From Paraphysomonas bandaiensis (taxonomy: Eukaryota > Protista > Chrysophyceae): a DNA stretch of 64,000 bases. The notes under the pieces were generated by a model. That model ran no database searches. It worked only from the letters and a program-made list of their open reading frames with translations, and was not told the origin of the DNA. Numbering within the stretch: position 1 is the first letter of the stretch; the number at the start of each line of letters is the position of its first letter. Positions 13,866 through 27,853 of this stretch are shown piece by piece. The translations under genes were made by a program, and so were the position numbers. The DNA is taken from positions 124,001-188,000 of the forward strand of contig CBFFRP010000397.1 of the NCBI GenBank assembly GCA_965644295.1. Direction: 5' to 3'.

Positions 13866-15725
13866 ATGGGAATCTGTTTCGGATCAATTGCAAGATCAAT
13901 TTCAGAAATGTGTATGAGTCAACCTGAAAAATACTTTCAAACTACATATAGAAATCATCAGGCAGAGTTTAATGCATTACGAATGTATGAAAAAGAAATA
14001 AGAGAATTACTAGATGTGTTCAATAGTATTGACACGGAATTGTGTGGGTGGATTAAAATTAGTGCACTGTTCAATTTCGTGGGTATTGAGGAAAACAACT
14101 TTTCTCGAAGCGTTTTCAGCATGTATGATATGGAGAATACTGCACACTTGTGCTTTAGAGATTTTGTTGTGATCCTGTGGAATATTTGCACTTTGCCACC
14201 AGTTCCACTAGGTAAGTAACTATAATATGAAGTATTTCTTATAAGTGTCGCCTATATAGTGGAGTATGTGTTTAGTATGTACGATGCCGACGGTAGTAGA
14301 GATATTGATATTGACGAGGCAAGAGAGATGTGTAGAGATCTGTATGGTGATGAAGGTAGTATGTATGGGGAAGGTGCAAGGTATTCATATTCAAGTTTTT
14401 CTTATGGAACATTGATCATTTTGAATACTGTACAGAGTGTTTCGTGACCTTGAAGTTTTGACTAGGAAAACGGTGGATTTGGAAATGTTTCAACACTTTA
14501 TTAAAATGAACGATTCTATGATGAGAACTCCTAAAGAATTACAGTACCTCCTGCGTTGCCGACTTTTGGGTATGGACTTTTGGATACGTACGGGAAAGAA
14601 AAGAGTTGAGGCGTTTGGTCCTAAGCTATATATAAGTCCTGAACTAGTGTTCGAAAGATACAAGGCTTCAAGATACATACCTCAGATGCCTGCCCATGTG
14701 ATCCTGAAGAAACAAAAGGAGAAGAGACGACTGGTAGATGACCAAAAGCAGGAAGTGATGCACATTTCACCACCAGAAAAAGGAAGCAAGGCGTGGAAAG
14801 AGATGAAGCTGTCGAAGAACAATCCTAATCAAATGTAAGCTTTCCCAATGACTCTGTACTGGATATGCCACTAGATCGATATTACTACTTCTTCTCTTAA
14901 AGAAAGATCTGTCATTTGCATTGTTGTTTTCATTCTTTACTTGCACACTAATGGTATGTTTTGTCTCGCAGTGGGCGAGGTCTGGATGGCATTACTATAG
15001 ATCGGTAAGGCCTCTATTTTGTTATTCTGTGGTATGTCCGACTTTGTTCAGGTCTGCAATGGAATTTCGGCGACAAGTAACTGAACAAGAAGTAGAAACT
15101 CCAGATACCGCACCCAAGAAAAAACGGAGTGCCCCAGGAAAAATGAATTCAAGGATCATTGAACAAAAGAGCTCATTTGCTGAACCATCTGAAACTTTGA
15201 ATCGCTCTCTGAGCAAATCATTAAGTAAATCTCAGAGTATATCGCTGAGTAAATCACCATCGAATGCAAGTATCAAGTCAAAGTCTCCGTGAGTGGAATA
15301 GCAGTATGCCATTCTTAGTGGTGACGATTATATTGTAGGGCTTTGTCATCAGAGTCGAGATCATATAGCAGAACACTAAGCAAATCACATAGTCAGCAGC
15401 AAGAGGTAACACCGAGCAAATCACCATCGAATGCAAGTATCAAGTCAAAGTCTCCGTGAGTGGAATAACAGTATGCCATTCCTAGTGGTGACGATTATAT
15501 TGTAGGGCTTTGTCATCAGAGTCGAGATCATATAGCAGAACACTAAGCAAATCACATAGCCAGCAGCAAGAGGTAACACCAAGCAAATCACCATCGAATG
15601 CAAGTATCAAGTCAAAATCACCGTGAGTATTTTATTCAAAAGTTTCGTATTTTTAGCTCACAGCGTTGCTGTGCAGGGCATTATCTGACTCGGGAAAAAA
15701 GAAAGTCGTGGTGCCTGTTATTTAA
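13866..15725 (+). CDS. EF-hand calcium-binding protein with predicted N-acylation and a Ser/Lys-rich repeated tail
   Basis: MGICFGS N-terminus (Gly2/Cys4); EF loops DTELCGWIKISAL, DMENTAHLCFRDF and DADGSRDIDIDE. Frame-consistent splicing ends at KKKVVVPVI*. Confidence 0.8.
15251..15625 (+). repeat. 167-bp tandem repeat (about 2.2 units), each unit a 117-nt exon plus a 50-nt intron
   Basis: aaatcaccatcgaatgcaag starts at 15251, 15418 and 15585. Confidence 0.95.
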
Positions 15726-17413
15726 TTGAAATAGCATATATCCAGACCTTGTGTGTTCATATCCTTAACCTATGTACTAATTGTTAATAGAAGTGGAGTT
15801 TCGATATCTTTCTCGTGCCCTTAACATTTCATGTTCTCAAAATGATTGTTTCTTCGTTCCGTCGTCTAGTGTTCTCTGAAAACACCTGGCGTCTACCTGG
15901 GTTTTGCGAAACGAGAATAGTACCTTTAGTTATGATCTACACGTTCGTTTATAGTAAAGACTTTCATGTTTAAGAGCTTAAGTTATAAAATTAAATCATG
16001 CATGCCAACTGCAAAGCACATATATTGGACTGAAACTTGTAGACCTCTGTATTGCTTTTGGTAGCGCGTTGTCAAAATTCCTCGAAACAAAACTTGAACG
16101 GTACATGTATCTTTCTACTGATATCTATCTCTTCTACAACTCTACGAATACTGCATGTACCCTGTACTACAAATCAGAATATATCGAGTAGTCTACCGGC
16201 TAGAACAAAATAGCAATTCAAGCTATATTTATTCTCAAGCCAGTTCACAATATATTGATATATTGCAACAATACAATATATTCTACTAATACCGTATATC
16301 GTAGCTACTTCACACTTCACACCAAAAGTTTCTTAACTATATATATGTTACACAAGACGTAATCAGGTCATAGTGGCATTGATTAACGATTTACGCAGGC
16401 AACTACGGGTGTAGCAAACACTTATAGTCATTAACCACTTCTATTAAACAGCCTGGTACATGGATATATTACATAGAGTGGCACATTCGTGTCCCACACT
16501 AATGAAAATACGAAACTATATGAGCTATTAGCACATCCTCAACAAAAAACATAAACTTGACCAGCAGCAGACACTTAATAGTAATAACAGCTATTAATAA
16601 TAGTCTCATTACTATCACTTAATTATAAAGATATACAGTGATCTGTATTGTCAACTGTATCCTCACATCACCCCTATATATACATACATATACATATATA
16701 TACAGGCATGTGTCTGATTACTAGACCCATTCCATCGTTTTCATTCGACAGCAAGTGTCGTTACTACAGCGCATCTTACTGGACATCTACTTGTTGATTA
16801 CTTCCAGAGTACTCCCAGTCCTCTATACTATATACATATTCATATACATCCACTATAGGCTTCATCAGTTCTATATATCCTCCAATAGGACCGCAACAAT
16901 CAATACAATCCCATGATCTCGATGTGTCTATACATCTATACACTATATCTAGGTTGGTGATTGGACAACCACGTTTTTTTCGCGTTTTTTCAACACATGT
17001 CATGGACATACAGCACACGAGATATGGGAAAATTGTGTATCTAGACCTTATTTTTATACCTAAATATAGAAGACCACTTAAATACCTGGAATTTTATACT
17101 CCTGAAAATATCGAAATCCAGTGGACGTAGACCTCAAGTAGCCCGCCTTTGTCTTGTTGTTCCATAGAATCCCTATGAGGGAAATGATAGGGAAAAGTTG
17201 GTTTGTCCCAATAAATCCAGTACTGGAGGTGACGATGTGCATTCCTGATATAGATGGATGTACAGTAGAACCCTCATATATGCAGTGGATTTCATTGCAT
17301 TCAATGCACTCATACCCCCCCATATACCCTCATCATACTTACTTCATATTCTTATAACTAATGAATCCATTCAGATAAGAGTGTAACATATACATATACA
17401 TACATAAAGGACG

Positions 17414-19260
17414 ATGATTAAGATTCTTGGAGCTGAGAAAGAAACGAATCAGCGAGCAGATGAAAAGCGATCACTACCTAAAGTACAAAATATTGCTAAA
17501 GCCATTATTAATATAGCCAGATTTACTGATATTGGGGGTAGATTACATGAGCAATCTATTCATAAGTCGCGTTTGGATGTGGCTGCAGCTAGAGCTCCTC
17601 GATATGCTTGGCAAGAGGTTGAACCTAGTTCTATTAGAGCTGATACTGATAAGCCTTCTCTACATCGGAAACATAGCAAAGATGATATTGATATTAGAAT
17701 TTCATCGAAAAAAGAGAAAAAACATGTCAGTCTGAAGCCTCTTGATAATAGGTCGGATGCTCATGGATCACAGCGGAACTTACAAAGAATGCGTTCTCGA
17801 AGCATGGATGACATACTCTCTCCCCGCTCTCCACGTCTACAGCCACTGAAAAGCACCCCGAATGCTAGCACGAAGTTTTTTCCGATTGTTGATCATATAG
17901 ATAGCACAGACACCGAAACACAGTCTGCAAACGAGTCGCCCACTCAACAGCAAGGGTCTTCTAGCATATCACCGACCGACGTTCCATCCCCTGTACAAGG
18001 TAAACGTGTTACCAGTGCCCCGCTCTTATTTTGGAGGTGCCATTTAAATGCACAAGTATGCGTTTTCTATCACGAACACTGCGACACTTTTGAAGTGATT
18101 CCATACGACACAAAAACAGGCATCGAATATAACCGCATCTACACTCCTGCTCCAAAGATATTTAATATCCTTGAGGAGAAAATAAAACAGAAAACCTCGA
18201 GTGAAGAATTTGAAAGTCCTGTTCAGCGTCTCAGGAAAATAAAACTGGCCAGTGACTATATTTTAGCCACCATAAATGCACAATATAAGGATTCATCGAA
18301 GACAGGTATTGAGGTCATCATGCGACGCTTCAACGGTATGTCACATATCGAATTTACGAATACGTTACGCTTATGCTTCCTCTGTAATTCAGCTAAGACA
18401 AATGAAATTGAAAATTTGGACATGGAAAGACCAATAGCTTTGGATCCAGCTCATATTTCTGAGAAACGACGTAAATCTTGTGTGTAAGTAATACGATTCT
18501 AATATATGTTTGAACTTCAATTTTGTGTTGCTGCGAATTCTAATACGAGTGTTTTGTGTTCTTACATGTTTATTTGCAGTAACGTAGATGCTCTCACAAG
18601 TGGCATGAACGCCGACCTTGTGGGTGCTACTACCAATGTTACGGATGCGCAGAAGTTTCAGCATGCTGCTGTAGCAGCCACTGGAAGTGCTATGCGACGA
18701 CTTAATGAAGCAGCCAAATATAAAACTGACACCACAGTGAACCCTTCCCAGTACTCCCCTGTGCGATGGAGATGGATATGGGCTATTGATAAGGTCATTA
18801 CTTTAAACAAAATCAACCTCGCCGTGGGTTCCATGTTTGGAGGGTATGTTTTTGAGTATATGTATGCGACCTTATAGTGCGTTGTGATACGGAGTCGCGT
18901 GATATGCTTCGTATATATATATGTTGTAAGATTCTCTTTGTTTATAGTATGGTGGGGAAAGTCATTGAGTCGAATAAAGGACGTCTTGCTTGGGATGTGA
19001 AGGCCCGTCGTGGCTTTAACCTCAACCCATACCTCAATAATGGGGCTGGCTTAGATCTGAAAAGTCGTCGATCCAACGAAATTGAAAAGTTTCAGCACAT
19101 ATCTTCCTTTCGCCCGCTACGATATGAGACATCTATCAATGGTGCATGCACGGCAAGCAGTAACGACTTCAAAAAGATTGCCAAAATTCGACATCGTGCT
19201 ACTGAGAAGAAAAAGAAAGGAAAAGACCCTAAAGGGCGACGTCACAGCTGTCGGGTATAG
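17414..19260 (+). CDS. Hypothetical protein (multi-exon)
   Basis: Long consecutive ORFs (357, 123 and 127 aa) linked by GT-AG introns; no family recognised. Confidence 0.7.
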
Positions 19261-19859
19261 GTTGAATCTTGGTTTATGTTTTTTCTTTGCGTTTCGTTTC
19301 GTTTTATGTGTTGATAAATTTGTGTTACTTTATTTTGTGTCCCAAATATCAGATTTGTTTCAAGTATCTAACTTACTAGCAGTTGAGTCTAACAACGCAG
19401 TATATGGTTGATAATTTTGTTACAACAAATGCACTATAAACATTTTATAAAAAAGTGCATAAATAATATCAAGCGAACTTAAATGTGAAAACTGTTAGAA
19501 TAGAGGAGTGAATAGCACTACCTCAATAATGTATAAATCTGGAGAGTTGTTACATAATATTTCAATTTTTTAGAATCACTAATTCTACCATTATTGCTAG
19601 TGTTGTTGCATAATAGTTTAAATGCTTAAATATTTTCCAGAAGTTTGTAAATTATTGCCGTCTCGAAAGTCACTTACATTATCTTCTGCTTTTTCAAGCT
19701 TCAAAGAATAGCTCATCGATTAGTTTATCCATGTTATGTATGTAATAACTAACTATATGGTTGTTTTTCATCCTGTGATATCTCCATTGTATGTGCCAAA
19801 CTAGCATAAAAACTAATCGATGACAGAGGTCCAACAATAATAATGGCAATTATTAATCA

Positions 19860-20195
19860 AGCATCCAATTATTGGCAATGCAATTATTTGGTAGCTTGCC
19901 TTTAATTATGTTGCTTGATGTTAGAAAACTTTCTGAACTAATCTCACCCCAAAGTTGCCGACTTTCAAGCAGTAACATCATCATTATTTATTTTAACATG
20001 ATTTTTTTCACTCGCTTGCGAAAATCAGTCGTAGCAATCTTTGCTCTGCTAAACAACCTCTCACAAATATTGGTAATGCTATGCAATTGCTTGATGCGTG
20101 CTTTTTTGCGCTTTCGGTTGTCTTTAAATATACGTCTTCTTCTCCACATCATCTTTTTCTCTTCATCGATTTCACCTTCTTGTATCTGCTTGTAA
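19860..20195 (-). mobile_element. hAT transposase relic (C-terminal dimerization region)
   Basis: Minus strand reads SITNICERLFSRAKIATTDFRKRV...RQLWGE; similar to 38201-38489 and 50484-50760. Confidence 0.7.
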
Positions 20196-20339
20196 TATGC
20201 TTATGCTTCAACATATATATTATGAAAATAGTATATATATTCTATACTATTGGATTGTAAATAATATATTATATATTTATTGCATTTTCGATATATATGA
20301 AAAGATCTACAATATATATATATGACAATCATCACTCAA

Positions 20340-20745
20340 CAAAGTCCGACTCACACCTTTTCATGGAGTTCTGGGGGATAAGTACCGGAGATATTTCTCC
20401 TGGAAACTAACTTGAGCCGCACATAGAGTCAGCAGATATTGTTCTGCCCACACTCATAGCCAAATGCTTGTGTGGTACATACATTAAATGTAAGTGTCAC
20501 ATGTGTAGACGGCTTTGGGCCTTGACGAATAAAAAGGCATTCGGGAATGAGCCCACCTCAAGGGCATCTGGGGTATTGTGTTGCCTGCTGAATGCTGAAG
20601 TCAAGCAGCTGGGTATTCACCTTAAGGACTCAAATATCCTGAAGTCAGCAGATGCCAGGTGCATCAACATTCTGCTTGCTCACTGCGTTTGCTTTGAGTG
20701 ATAGAGTGACAGTAGTTGAACCTTGGTGCATGCGGTGACGCATCG
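20340..20745 (-). repeat. Dispersed degenerate coding repeat (family X), copy 1
   Basis: Shares gataagtaccggagatatttctcc and tagccaaatgcttgtgtggtac with the 51292 and 60735 copies, and atcctgaagtcagcagatg...ttctgcttgctcactg with the 35575 copy. Confidence 0.8.
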
Positions 20746-21652
20746 TGGCGAATCAAAGTTAAGTACTAAACTAATTCTGACTCTCAAATAATGCCTATTG
20801 CTAATGAGACATTTACTACTGACAAAGATAAGAAGCGCTTGCTGCTGATATAAAATCGATTTAAACAGAAAAAGAGGATGATGAGAGCATTGATTAATAG
20901 TATGAAGAAAAATGATACACCAGGACAATATTCTCTTGTATTTTGAATAATATAAATCGAGATTATAAAATACTTTATATAAACTTTTCTGTACTTTGAA
21001 ATATAAGAGAATATGAATGCAACAGTTTTTCCACTTGAATCAGGAAGTATATTGTTCTATCACATGATATGCTTTTGGTTTGGTGTTGTTTTTATATCAG
21101 TCTTTAAACTGGCTGTAATTGCCGTTGTGTGTGTTACCTCCGCTTTCTGGTGTATCAAACGTGCCAGTGTCACTTCAGCTATAATTTGTACAGGTACAAC
21201 ATTATGCTACTATTACTTTGAGTCTTTTCAAAACATGCTCAATATTTTAGGACAAGCCAATGAAAATTGATATATAGACACAGTATAACGTAAATTCCGG
21301 AACTCATGTCTCATGACAATAATGTGTAAGGTACCAATGATTAGGGACGATTCTCTACATACCAATCAGGAATAGATTGAATACTTAATACATAGTGGTG
21401 GAGGAAATCGAAACGAATTTTAAATTTTTGTTGTAAAGTACTGACAAGATACAAATTCACAGTAACCGATAGTGGTATTACCTTGTTTTATCATAGGTTA
21501 TCTGTAATAATAATGATTTTGCACTACAATTTGCCAAGTATTACAGACTACACTCTCATTTCATACATCAATACTTCTTCATTGATTTAAATTCCATACA
21601 TTCATACAACACGTTGATTTGTGCATATCCTGCACCGTACCGTATAATACAC

Positions 21653-21790
21653 CAGGGCTAGGGAACAATATATTGCAATACTATTGTTAGATAGTGCCTC
21701 ACCAATAATATTGATGGAGTTTTTAAGCCGACCCAATTATACTATTGCAATAGTAGTATCATTATTCAGCAATTAAACACTTGTGTAGAT
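21653..21790. mobile_element. Solo end of the CAGGGCTAGG hAT family
   Basis: cagggctagggaacaatatattgcaata plus about 130 bp matching the reverse complement of 61988-62120; no partner end found. Confidence 0.75.
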
Positions 21791-22734
21791 GCCTTATTTA
21801 GTAATAATTACTAAGATCGCATGACAATTAAACCACTACGCTGCTAGGCAAAGACTACCAATTGCATAGCTAGACTAACAATTCTCCTACTCATTCTCTG
21901 AACCATCATTGGTGATTGTTATCACCACATTCATATTCAAAATTGATTGAAATATGAATTTGGCAACAAGTGTCGATTAGTTTCATAAGCAACAGCATAA
22001 TATCAAGTGTAGTAGGATGCATAGTTTTGCGCAGCACTGAGTTAATAATTGTAGCTGCACTCAACAGGCATTCACGTGTACGGCAAGGACATTTTTCAAG
22101 TAGTCGAGCAGTAGGACGGTGATATAGGAATTCTGTCGAGCAGTAGGAATCATGTCAGTTACTATACTTTTGTATACTGCTCTCATATTGTAGCTAGCTG
22201 TTCACATTACCTACTGTATAGTGTAAATAGTGTATAGCTGTATAGTGCCGAATACAGCTGTACACTATAAAACCAAGCTTTGACTCCAATGTCAGCCACC
22301 TCCACTACAGTGATGACAACATTCTTGCGAAGGAAAGTTTTCTTGAGGCGTAGTTACTAGATGATAGGTTCCTGCCTGCAAACCACGAAATTTTCCTTAG
22401 AAAATCTGTATCCTGACGTCCTGACTACGAAATGATGTTGAAGAAGGTGCCAGCGTGTTCTTTACATTTCTTTATTCAACGTTAGAACTATTGATAATAC
22501 TCTAGGATACGATTACTTCATTGATACAGTACTTGTGTATACATTATACATATCGTCGACGCAACTGGCCATTAGTGTCATTACTTTATATACCTATGAC
22601 AATAAATGGTTAAGGAAAATATACGCCACATTCCTCACAAATATTTGCAACTACTGAAAACCAAGAATTATTCTCTATTACAATATATAGTTAAAAATAT
22701 ACCGCTAAATATTATGACAGGTGTTAAGTATAAA

Positions 22735-23253
22735 TCATGAGTCCTGATCACTTTCAGCTACCACGGCAATGCTTTTCTTGAAAGAATACTTATTCAAAAT
22801 ATCTGAAGCTTTTCTTTTCATACCACTATTCTCAATACCTCTATCCTCAGTTAGTTTTTCCGATCCTGAACCTTGTTGCCGAGCGGGAAGTGCACTCTTT
22901 GAGTGTAAAAATTTACACATAGCACCTTTCGTGCATTTGCCCCGCATATTGTAGACGCAGAGGACCTCAGAAGTTACAGTGGTGTTAGTATTAGAGTGAT
23001 ATGTAACAGCTTTTTCTGATGATGAATGCGGCATCGCAAGAGGATCCGCAGGATGTAAATACGGACATGAAATATCTGTGCAAGTGTAACTATCCCAGTT
23101 AGAACACTGTACAGTAGCATGTTTAGCTTGTATGCAGTGCCGATAATGACACTTGTCTCCATATCTACAATTACTAGTCATAAAAAAGTGACAGTCTGTT
23201 AGATGTTTCCATCCATCTACACACTCTGTGCTGCCTCTCGACTGCATCTTCAT
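22735..23253 (-). CDS. CCCH zinc-finger protein (three fingers)
   Basis: CHFFMTSNCRYGDKCHYRH, CSNWDSYTCTDISCPYLH, CVYNMRGKCTKGAMCKFLH. Confidence 0.88.
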   Translation of the reverse strand: MKMQSRGSTECVDGWKHLTDCHFFMTSNCRYGDKCHYRHCIQAKHATVQCSNWDSYTCTDISCPYLHPADPLAMPHSSSEKAVTYHSNTNTTVTSEVLCVYNMRGKCTKGAMCKFLHSKSALPARQQGSGSEKLTEDRGIENSGMKRKASDILNKYSFKKSIAVVAESDQDS

Positions 23254-23515
23254 ATGATTCAATCGTTAATGAGTGTTTGTGATAACTGAATTACAAGGAA
23301 AGATATTAAACACACTACTATCTATTCCTTTTCCTTAAGTAACAATATACTCGATGTAGCTATCATATGTATGATATAGGGACAGTTTAGTGCATGTACC
23401 TCAAGTCCTAACAACTATATGCATGGCTCATACTATACCGTATACCACACTATACTATACTATACTATACCAGTATACTACAATATACTATACTATACAA
23501 CTCACATGTACTCTG

Positions 23516-23640
23516 GGGGTGGTTGTGCATATGATTTCATTGATCATTGTTTAAAAGTCATCGTTTTTTCAGTGAAAAGTGAAAAAAAGTGACTTTTCAA
23601 TGAAATAAACGATGAACAAATCGATATGCACAACCACCCC
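23516..23640. mobile_element. 125-bp MITE with 17-bp TIRs and CTG TSD (PIF/Harbinger-like)
   Basis: ggggtggttgtgcatat ... atatgcacaaccacccc, flanked by ctg at 23513-23515 and 23641-23643. Confidence 0.85.
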
Positions 23641-23722
23641 CTGTATATAAAACTATAATTTTAGGGTATACGGTAGAAATACCGTTATACTGTACCGACT
23701 TCTGACGTTCCTATTACGTATT

Positions 23723-26700
23723 TCCTATAACGAAAGAAAATCGGCCCCCTCAAAAAAATCGGCCCCCCCTTTTCATCATCCATTTTCCCACCCCCCCTTG
23801 AACTGATATGCACATACATACATGACATTAACTCCAACACCACAACTAACCACAACATACACCAATACAATCAGACACATACACGCTATCTTTACAATGG
23901 AGTATGTCAACATTATATGCAGCCATTTTTACCATCACACCCTGTGTCTCGAGTGATTAGACAGAGGAGCCCTGCGTCCTCAGGATGGCTATTGATCGCT
24001 ATATGCAGAGCAGTGGGATACATTAACCACTACTGAGACTCTATATTCGACTTACTACTGCAGACAAAGTGTTTGGAGAGGTGAGAGGGTGTGGGGGGAT
24101 CACGTATCATCTCTGTGGCTTGGATTCTGTGCCGGTCAGTATTTGTCCATAGGGAGGAGGGGTCCATACAGTGCACATCAGGTCATACATTCACCAGAAA
24201 TTTGAAATGCGCCAAAATAATATGCCATATCGATGGATGGAGGGCATTGATATGGCATATCAACCAATTTGATTAGATTTAAGTGCACCGCTGCCGTCCG
24301 TAGAAATTATGTGGATATGCTACCTTGTCACCATCCGAGTCAGCTTATCAGTGTCGGAACCGACTTATCGAATGGAAGATAAGCGATATTTATTTGGTAG
24401 AAAGAGATTTGGCACTTTATGGGCTTCCTTGTGCGTTGTACAATGATTAATGTTGCAAATACCCTTGACTAGCTTGTTGGTTGCAGGCACCCCATGTTAG
24501 GGTGCTGTAGGGTCACAGCAAGCAGTGTTCACTCATGTCATATATGTAGGTTACCTAATATATTGCACTCATTCAGCTTTATTGGGGTCTTGTTACATCT
24601 ACAATGCCATTGTTGCCATACTTGTCGATTTAAATGGGCTTTACGGCGAGTGCAGCTGATGATTGTTGAAAGTCTATACATGTCTAGTCTTTGTTGGCTA
24701 TTCTCAAGACTTTGTCCCGAACTATCTCTCCACGCGACTTGTGTGAATGTGTATGTTTTATGTCTATACATATATATTACCTTTCTATGTACTTTATATG
24801 CACATGTGTGTACTACGTTTCCCTTATGTTTACTAGGTTTATATGGGTGTACGAGGTTTATTATATATATTACCTACAATGCTTCATATAAGCGTCAGTG
24901 TTCGAATATATGGACTCTTGACTTATGTATGAGAATATGTTTTCTGTGTGTTTTTGTATGCATATATATACGAGCGTTCTGAATGTATGTGTATCTGTGT
25001 GTTGTCATGTAGATATTTATAATAATAATAGGATATCGTTATAGTCGATGCGAACTTGCTTGTATAAGTACTAGTCATAGTAAAGTAGCTATACATATAT
25101 GTAGATCTTAAATACAACGATTGGCAGTATGTGTTTACAAGAAGTATAGGTATAAGGTATAAGTTTGCTTATCACACAAGTGTCTAAATCTAAACTACGA
25201 AGGAGTACAGTAGCTGATTTATATTGACAGAAGTAGTGTACTATTCCAAGTTATATATGGGCTAGCATCGAAGTATTTGCTGGAATAATTACATGCATAA
25301 CAAGACAGTATACTATCAAACCACACATATACCGGCATGAATTTATAAGCAAATATTAGAATATTAGCCATGTGGTTATCTAGTTTCAAAATGGCAATCA
25401 ATAGACGATAACAACCTAGGAATTATAAGCACACTACCAGTACTCTCGCCACTAAACATATTAGTTGGGAATATGTGCGAACAATAGCATACAACTACGC
25501 AATGTTTTAATGCTTTAAGTATTACGTTTTCAGTGATAATACTGGATGAAGTGGTAGATGTAATGTTTGACTGAATTTCTTGTGTTTTCGTTTATGTCAC
25601 ACTTCGTTGTCGCGCAGCACATAGAGAGTTGGTTGAGGGTGGTATTGAACCTGGTACTACCATCATTTGTCATAATAATCTCACGCATGTTGAACTTTAG
25701 TCGAAGAGTGTTAATCATGAAGTAGTTGTTGAAAGATACAAAGCGTAGATGGCTGCTGGAGATCTTAAGTTCATTATAGAATACATGTGGATGAAGAAAA
25801 TATTCGTATAAAGGTTTCAAGACAGCAACAGCTATAAAGCAGAAAGGAAAGATTAAAAAAGGCAGAAGATGCGCTGTAAAGAGCAACAAATGAAAGAACT
25901 TCACACTTAAAAAAGAAAATCAGAGTCTTAATCGAAACGTAGAGCTGATATTACTTTGATAGGCGGAGGCAAATTGTACATGCTCTATCAGTTCTAGCTG
26001 CTCCTAAAACCAGGAGCACTTGAACTTAAAATGACTAATTCAATTTAAGGACATTCAATAGTTCGTTGTACCATTGCGTAGTTGTATGCTATTGTTCGCA
26101 CATATTCCCAACTAATATGTTTAGTGGCGAGAGTACTGGTAGTGTGCTTATAATTCCTAGGTTGTTATCGTCTATTGATTGCCATTTTGAAACTAGATAA
26201 CCACATGGCTAATATTCTAATATTTGCTTATAAATTCATGCCGGTATATGTGTGGTTTGATAGTATACTGTCTTGTTATGCATGTAATTATTCCAGCAAA
26301 TACTTCGATGCTAGCCCATATATAACTTGGAATAGTACACTACTTCTGTCAATATAAATCAGCTACTGTACTCCTTCGTAGTTTAGATTTAGACACTTGT
26401 GTGATAAGCAAACTTATACCTTATACCTATACTTCTTGTAAACACATACTGCCAATCGTTGTATTTAAGATCTACATATATGTATAGCTACTTTACTATG
26501 ACTAGTACTTATACAAGCAAGTTCACATCGACTATAACGATATCCTATTATTATTATAAATATCTACATGACAACACACAGATACACATACATTCAGAAC
26601 GCTCGTATATATATGCATACAAAAACACACAGAAAACATATTCTCATACATAAGTCAAGAGTCCATATATTCGAACACTGACGCTTATATGAAGCATTGT

Positions 26701-27853
26701 AGGTAATATATATAATAAACCTCGTACACCCATATAAACCTAGTAAACATAAGGGAAACGTAGTACACACATGTGCATATAAAGTACATAGAAAGGTAAT
26801 ATATATGTATAGACATAAAACATACACATTCACACAAGTCGCGTGGAGAGATAGTTCGGGACAAAGTCTTGAGAATAGCCAACAAAGACTAGACATGTAT
26901 AGACTTTCAACAATCATCAGCTGCACTCGCCGTAAAGCCCATTTAAATCGACAAGTATGGCAACAATGGCATTGTAGATGTAACAAGACCCCAATAAAGC
27001 TGAATGAGTGCAATATATTAGGTATCCTACATATATGACATGAGTGAACACTGCTTGCTGTGACCCTACAGCACCCTAACATGGGGTGCCTGCAACCAAC
27101 AAGCTAGTCAAGGGTATTTGCAACATTAATCATTGTACAACGCACAAGGAAGCCCATAAAGTGCCAAATCTCTTTCTACCAAATAAATATCGCTTATCTT
27201 CCATTCGATAAGTCGGTTCCGACACTGATAAGCTGACTCGGATGGTGACAAGGTAGCATATCCACATAATTTCTACGGACGGCAGCGGTGCACTTAAATC
27301 TAATCAAATTGGTTGATATGCCATATCAATGCCCTCCATCCATCGATATGGCATATTATTTTGGCGCATTTCAAATTTCTGGTGAATGTATGACCTGATG
27401 TGCACTGTATGGACCCCTCCTCCCTATGGACAAATACTGACCGGCACAGAATCCAAGCCACAGAGATGATACGTGATCCCCCCACACCCTCTCACCTCTC
27501 CAAACACTTTGTCTGCAGTAGTAAGTCGAATATAGAGTCTCAGTAGTGGTTAATGTATCCCACTGCTCTGCATATAGCGATCAATAGCCATCCTGAGGAC
27601 GCAGGGCTCCTCTGTCTAATCACTCGAGACACAGGGTGTGATGGTAAAAATGGCTGCATATAATGTTGACATACTCCATTGTAAAGATAGCGTGTATGTG
27701 TCTGATTGTATTGGTGTATGTTGTGGTTAGTTGTGGTGTTGGAGTTAATGTCATGTATGTATGTGCATATCAGTTCAAGGGGGGGTGGGAAAATGGATGA
27801 TGAAAAGGGGGGGCCGATTTTTTTGAGGGGGCCGATTTTCTTTCGTTATAGGA
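23723..27853. mobile_element. 4.13-kb foldback/palindromic element: arms 23723-25504 and 26072-27853, 567-bp spacer
   Basis: Mirror-image ORFs whose paired coordinates all sum to 51576; two differences seen between mirrored translations; GC-rich termini with a duplicated aaaatcggccccc. Confidence 0.9.

Noticed and set aside
16776-17357. Cluster of 67-81 aa ORFs upstream of the 17414 gene
   Set aside because: Low-complexity intergenic sequence with no motifs.
24091-27485. Mirrored 60-162 aa ORFs in the palindrome arms
   Set aside because: No recognisable domains and low-complexity composition; they recur only because of the inverted duplication.
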